Shown piece after piece: positions 59,875 through 64,000 of a stretch of 64,000 nucleotides of DNA (its first letter is position 1; each line of letters begins with the position of its first letter). The notes below the pieces were generated by a model. The model was not told the origin of the DNA. It searched no databases and saw only the letters and a program-made list of their open reading frames with translations. Source of the stretch: a virus (Duplodnaviria > Heunggongvirae > Uroviricota > Caudoviricetes). A program made the position numbers and the translations under genes. The stretch lies in IMG/VR virus record IMGVR_UViG_3300048930_000918; one strand, written 5' to 3'.

Positions 59875-61121
59875 AGAATGATTACCGGACCAAATAAAAT
59901 TAACAATCCGTAATTACCATAAAATTTAATCAGATAAGCAATTCCGAATGAACTGACTACGTACATTAACGCCCGAGATATTGCGAATATAAGAGAGACG
60001 CTGGTAAATCGTTTGAAAACTGGAAAGGATTTATAAAAAATAGGAACGGCTGGGAACTCAGAGGGCATAAAGAATATTACAAATAACTGAATTAACGAAA
60101 ATTCAAAGACAGTAGAAACATTATTTAAAAGAAATGGTAAACCAAAAAAAACAGGAACACTAACAAGCCATTTTATTTTCAATATTTTTAAAGGATTTAT
60201 ATAACGTACCAACCAAGTCATCAGAATTACTGAAGATAAATCAAATAATGAAAGGACAAAATTATGATCTATAATTTGTGTAGAAGTATAGTTAAAAGAA
60301 TTTTTTAAAACATTAGCTCCATGTATATATATGAAATAAAGGTGATACACAGGACAGGCTAGCTGAATAAAAAACAGTGATATTGCCAATTTCTTATTAA
60401 CAGCTTCCTTGAACCAAAATTTTGCCGTTACTTCTTCTTTATTAAGATTAAATTTATTGCATAATCTAGCTACCTCTTGTCTAGCATCAGCAAAATCAGC
60501 TGTTTCCCTTAAACTTTTTCTTGCAAAAAAACCAACAAACGCAACAACAGCACCTATCCAAAAAGCTATACGCCAATTATATCCATCGCTTATAGAAAGT
60601 TTAGCTATGAATAAAGCACACATAGTACCAGAAAAACTACATATATTAGTAAAAGCAACAGCAGGATAAACTAAAGGAGGTTTTATCATTTCTGTTAAAT
60701 ATACCTCTGCTCCGATAGCCTCACCCATAGAGCTAATGCCTTGAATAATACGACATATTGTAACAGCCCAAGCAGCAATAATGCCTATCTGATTATAGGT
60801 AGGTAAGTTAGCCATGATTACACAAGTAATGGCCATCGCAAAGCTAGTAATTATTACAGTATAACGGCGTCCCATCTTATCACCTAAACGACCAATTAAA
60901 TAAGCTCCTATAGGACGAAAAAAGAATGTAGAACAAAAGGCAAATGCTGATAATAAAGATGCAGTGAACGGATCAGTCTTAGGGAAAAACAACTCATTAA
61001 GAAGTACTGCCATGTGAACGTATAACATAACGTCAAAATACTCGAGAAACGTGCCTATAGATAACAACCCTATAGCCTCTCTCTGTTCTCTTGTAAGACT
61101 TTTTTGTTCTTTTATTATCAA
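59787..61121 (-). CDS. proP: MFS transporter, ProP-like (proline/betaine) (444 aa)
   Basis: ORF track. 12-TM-like hydrophobicity pattern, with an MFS-type N-terminal motif region. Confidence 0.65.
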   Translation of the reverse strand: MIIKEQKSLTREQREAIGLLSIGTFLEYFDVMLYVHMAVLLNELFFPKTDPFTASLLSAFAFCSTFFFRPIGAYLIGRLGDKMGRRYTVIITSFAMAITCVIMANLPTYNQIGIIAAWAVTICRIIQGISSMGEAIGAEVYLTEMIKPPLVYPAVAFTNICSFSGTMCALFIAKLSISDGYNWRIAFWIGAVVAFVGFFARKSLRETADFADARQEVARLCNKFNLNKEEVTAKFWFKEAVNKKLAISLFFIQLACPVYHLYFIYIHGANVLKNSFNYTSTQIIDHNFVLSLFDLSSVILMTWLVRYINPLKILKIKWLVSVPVFFGLPFLLNNVSTVFEFSLIQLFVIFFMPSEFPAVPIFYKSFPVFKRFTSVSLIFAISRALMYVVSSFGIAYLIKFYGNYGLLILFGPVIILYGWGLFNFIRYESEKGLGSEEPLLEIKS

Positions 61122-61248
61122 GGTATTACTCTAATTGCTTTTAGTAATTAGAAAAACAAATTAAATTCATTATGAAAATTATTTTAACCAAATTTATAAA
61201 ATTTAATTTTAGGATAGTGTTTTTTTTACATAGAAGCTACAACTAGCC

Positions 61249-61431
61249 TTAAGTATTTATTAGTTTTTTATACTGTTCTTCGGATATTATAAATACAGTA
61301 TTATCCTTATACTGTATGGCTTGCGTCTTAAGTAAAGCATTATTTACAATAATATCTAAGAATAATCTTGCGTCATTGGCGGGTATTTCATTAAGAGTGT
61401 GTAAATCAAAATCGTATTTGTAATTAATCAT
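61249..61431 (-). CDS. small protein (60 aa), possibly orphan Phd/YefM-like antitoxin
   Basis: ORF track. Loose resemblance to the Phd/YefM N-terminal pattern. No adjacent toxin gene. Confidence 0.3.
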   Translation of the reverse strand: MINYKYDFDLHTLNEIPANDARLFLDIIVNNALLKTQAIQYKDNTVFIISEEQYKKLINT

Positions 61432-61727
61432 ATTAAACCTCTAAAACTAGTCATTAAAACTGGTGCTAGGGGCTGAAGAAAATTATTACACGTAACAATC
61501 CGGCTATACTTCATGCCAAGAGGCATTTATAAATAGCGCACCCCTAGCATGAAGCTTAAAAGGTCTTAAATATGAATCTTAGATTGTTAAATGATATTCT
61601 TCAGTATCACTAACAGATTTAAAGCTACTTAAATTAATATCAATAAGCAAGAATTATTTACTTATTTAGTTATTGATTTTTATAACTATGTGTTATATTT
61701 ATTATTAAATATAATAAATTAATAACT

Positions 61728-62330
61728 ATGAAACTGATTAAATTAGTTAGTATATGGAATCCAAAAGGAGGACAGGGTAAAAGCACTCTAGCTATTAACC
61801 TTGCGGCCTCCTCCGTAGAGCTAGGCTTAAAACCTCTGGTTATTTGCCAAGACCCGCAAGGAACTTCATTATTATACTATAAATCAGGCAACTTGCCTTT
61901 TGAAGTTCTAGATAGCGTGCCAAGTAATCGCCCAGAAGCAGATATTGTCATATTCGATCATCAGGCTAGCGACTGGGAAGTGCCTGCTAACAATTTGATC
62001 GTAATGCCTCTTAAACCAGCAAGAGATCAGTATGCTACTTATATTGACGCTTATAGAAGAGCCGAGTTACTTGAAAAAAGAATAATCACTGTAGTAACAG
62101 ATGGGCAGGAACATAGAGCCAGTGAAAAGCAAACTATGGACTACCTCAAGAGTAAAGGTGCTTACGCTATTGCTGCCAGCGGAGTATTTAGCCGTGCAGC
62201 TAGCGAGTATATGACAATATTTGACCCAAAGATGAATAAGGCATACAAAATCAAAGAACGCAGAATGGAAATTAATAAGATTCTAGCAAACATCTTAATT
62301 GACAATGAGGAAATAAAAAATAATGACTAA
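61728..62330 (+). CDS. parA: ParA-type (small, ParF-like) partition ATPase (200 aa)
   Basis: ORF track. Deviant Walker A NPKGGQGKSTLAINLA. Confidence 0.8.
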   Translation: MKLIKLVSIWNPKGGQGKSTLAINLAASSVELGLKPLVICQDPQGTSLLYYKSGNLPFEVLDSVPSNRPEADIVIFDHQASDWEVPANNLIVMPLKPARDQYATYIDAYRRAELLEKRIITVVTDGQEHRASEKQTMDYLKSKGAYAIAASGVFSRAASEYMTIFDPKMNKAYKIKERRMEINKILANILIDNEEIKNND

Positions 62331-62595
62331 TAATTGGATAGACGAAGAAAACGCAAGAGCAAGCGAGTTAGCTAAAACTGGAACTACTGCTAACAATAAC
62401 GCTCCGCTACTGGTAAAAACCACACCTAAAAATGCTCCAGTTCGTAGTATCAAGAGCATTTATATTCAGGAATCGTATAGCCTAGCTTTTGATAAGCTGG
62501 TATTTGAGCAGAAAATAGCTAAAGGCAAGAAAGCTCCGCAGTTGATGGAGGAGGCTATAGAGTTATTGTTAAAAAAATATGGTGGGAGTTTATGA
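62323..62595 (+). CDS. ParG-like RHH centromere-binding partner (90 aa)
   Basis: ORF track. Overlaps parA by 8 nt. Disordered N-tail plus a C-terminal RHH-like segment (RSIKSIYIQESYSLAFDKLVFEQKI...). Confidence 0.45.
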   Translation: MTNNWIDEENARASELAKTGTTANNNAPLLVKTTPKNAPVRSIKSIYIQESYSLAFDKLVFEQKIAKGKKAPQLMEEAIELLLKKYGGSL

Positions 62596-62862
62596 AACTT
62601 TTTCTCTATGTTATTAATATCCCAGAGGGGACATCAATAGTAAGCATCTTTCAATTCCTGAAGCAATCTTTTTTCTTTCTTAACAGTTAAGATTTCGTAA
62701 GAGTTTTAGTAAATATAATTTAGATAACGAGATTTAGGTGTAAAAATAACCCTGTTAGCAAATTTACTAGAAAAAACATGTAACTAATTGAAAAAAGTTG
62801 TTGTATATTGTGTTAAGTTGTACTATTCTAAGAATAGATAATAACTTTAGGAAAAATAAAAG

Positions 62863-63822
62863 ATGAGCTATCTAACTAATACAAGCAGTCTAGTTAATAT
62901 AGAAGCACAAAATTTCTCAAAATACCTAAGAGAATTTATCTCAGAACAGGATATTAAGGAAAATAGCAAGGGAACTTACAGGAGAGCTTTAAATCAGTTC
63001 TTTTCCTTTATGTCTAATAAATCTATAGGGCTAACTGGCAACGATATTTTGGAGTATAAAAAGTTTCTAGATAGTCAGGGATTAGCTGCTTATACAATTA
63101 CGGCTTATCTAGTAGTAGTAAGGAGGTTTTTTGCGTGGACTGAATCAAAGAAGATATACCCTAATATTGCTAAAACCATAAAGGGGATGAAGAACCCAAA
63201 GGGGTTTAGAAAGGAGTGCTTGTCAAATGGACAAATTGCTAGAGTATTAAAAGGAATTAATCAATCTACTCTTCAAGGTAAAAGGGACTTTGCTATTATC
63301 AACTTATTGCTTAGAACAGGATTGAGGACTATTGAAATTCAAAGAGCCGATATTGGAGATATAGCAAAATGTGTAGATGAGGCTAAGTTCTATATTCAAG
63401 GGAAAGGAAGGGATGCTAAAGACGAATATGTAGTACTTACCTATACTTCTCTAAAACCAATCTTAACTTATTTAGAAGCAAGAGGGCAAGCCGATAAATC
63501 TGCTCCTTTATTTGCTTCAATATCCGATCGTAATAACGGCGATAGAATGACAACTAGAAGCATAAGCAGACTGATTAAGAATGCACTGATTAAAGCTGAT
63601 ATTGACGATAAAAAACTGACAGCACACTCACTTAGGCACACTGCTATAACTAATGCTCTAAAAGGCGGGGCAAGTCTTCAGGAAGTAAAAACGATGGCAA
63701 GACATGCGAATATTAATACCACGCTAATTTATAGCCACAATATAGAGCGTATGGCTAATCCAGCAGAAAGGGTTATCGATAAATACATGGAAGAACACAC
63801 AGAATTTTTAACCTCAATTTAA
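62863..63822 (+). CDS. tyrosine recombinase / phage-type integrase (319 aa)
   Basis: ORF track. C-terminal catalytic blocks TGLRTIEI and HSLRHTAITN...NTTLIYSH (R, H-x-x-R and Y nucleophile). Confidence 0.85.
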   Translation: MSYLTNTSSLVNIEAQNFSKYLREFISEQDIKENSKGTYRRALNQFFSFMSNKSIGLTGNDILEYKKFLDSQGLAAYTITAYLVVVRRFFAWTESKKIYPNIAKTIKGMKNPKGFRKECLSNGQIARVLKGINQSTLQGKRDFAIINLLLRTGLRTIEIQRADIGDIAKCVDEAKFYIQGKGRDAKDEYVVLTYTSLKPILTYLEARGQADKSAPLFASISDRNNGDRMTTRSISRLIKNALIKADIDDKKLTAHSLRHTAITNALKGGASLQEVKTMARHANINTTLIYSHNIERMANPAERVIDKYMEEHTEFLTSI

Positions 63823-63873
63823 AGTAAACAAATGAATGATGATTTTATTAGTTGCCATGATGGCATCTCTAGT

Positions 63874-64000
63874 AACTTAACAATGAAAAAATACTGTATC
63901 AGTTTTTTCAACAACTGCACTGATGTTATAGCAAAACAAGAGGAGTTAAGTTTTGAAGAGATTTTAAGCTACTTTAATAAAGTATTTACAAAACCTTTCA
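63874..64000 (+). repeat. right copy of the 127-bp perfect direct repeat (primase start region)
   Basis: Identical to 41276..41402. A 13-bp palindrome TGCCAT-G-ATGGCA at 63853..63865 lies just upstream, 31 bp after the integrase stop. Confidence 0.85.
63883..64000 (+). CDS. second copy of the primase/helicase gene, 5' end only (runs off the right window edge)
   Basis: First 39 codons identical to 41285 (MKKYCISFFNNCTDVIAKQEELSFEEILSYFNKVFTKPF). Confidence 0.6.
   Translation, partial: MKKYCISFFNNCTDVIAKQEELSFEEILSYFNKVFTKPF

Overview
This is a very AT-rich window made almost entirely of mobile DNA; I found no rRNA, tRNA or CRISPR. Three blocks are visible. (1) Positions 1 to about 31.6 kb hold a tightly packed minus-strand late/structural operon of a tailed phage. 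The operon runs off the left edge of the window. It encodes TerS-like and TerL proteins, a portal, a GroES-like protein, a scaffold-like protein, capsid candidates and a T7 gp11-like adaptor. It also encodes a patatin-like phospholipase, a coiled-coil fibre, a 1495-aa fibre with about 45 tandem 17-aa repeats, and large virion proteins. (2) A 1.2-kb non-coding control region (32.6-33.8 kb) carries GC-rich motif arrays bounded by a perfect 16-bp inverted repeat. It is followed by a plus-strand early/replication block (33.8-48 kb) of many tiny genes joined by a conserved stop-RBS-start junction motif. This block includes an XRE regulator, an SPFH/band-7 membrane protein, ribbon-helix-helix (RHH) regulators, a primase/DnaB-like helicase, an AlpA-like HTH and a RelE/ParE toxin-antitoxin pair. 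It also has a 486-aa gene abutting a 6x22-bp tandem array, and a second TerS-like paralog. (3) A plasmid-like or satellite-like backbone (48-64 kb) carries a Rep_3 initiator with 3x22-bp iterons, a Bro-N protein, a second diverged copy of the two-gene virion module, an acidic protein and small hydrophobic paralogs. It also carries cargo genes (a SpoT-like HD-domain fragment overlapping a ProP-like MFS transporter, which by inference suggests a Rickettsiales-like host), a ParA/ParG-like partition pair and a tyrosine integrase. Immediately after the integrase comes a 127-bp perfect repeat of the primase gene start, at an offset of 22,598 bp. Overall this looks like a composite phage / phage-plasmid or phage-plus-satellite locus with extensive module duplication.
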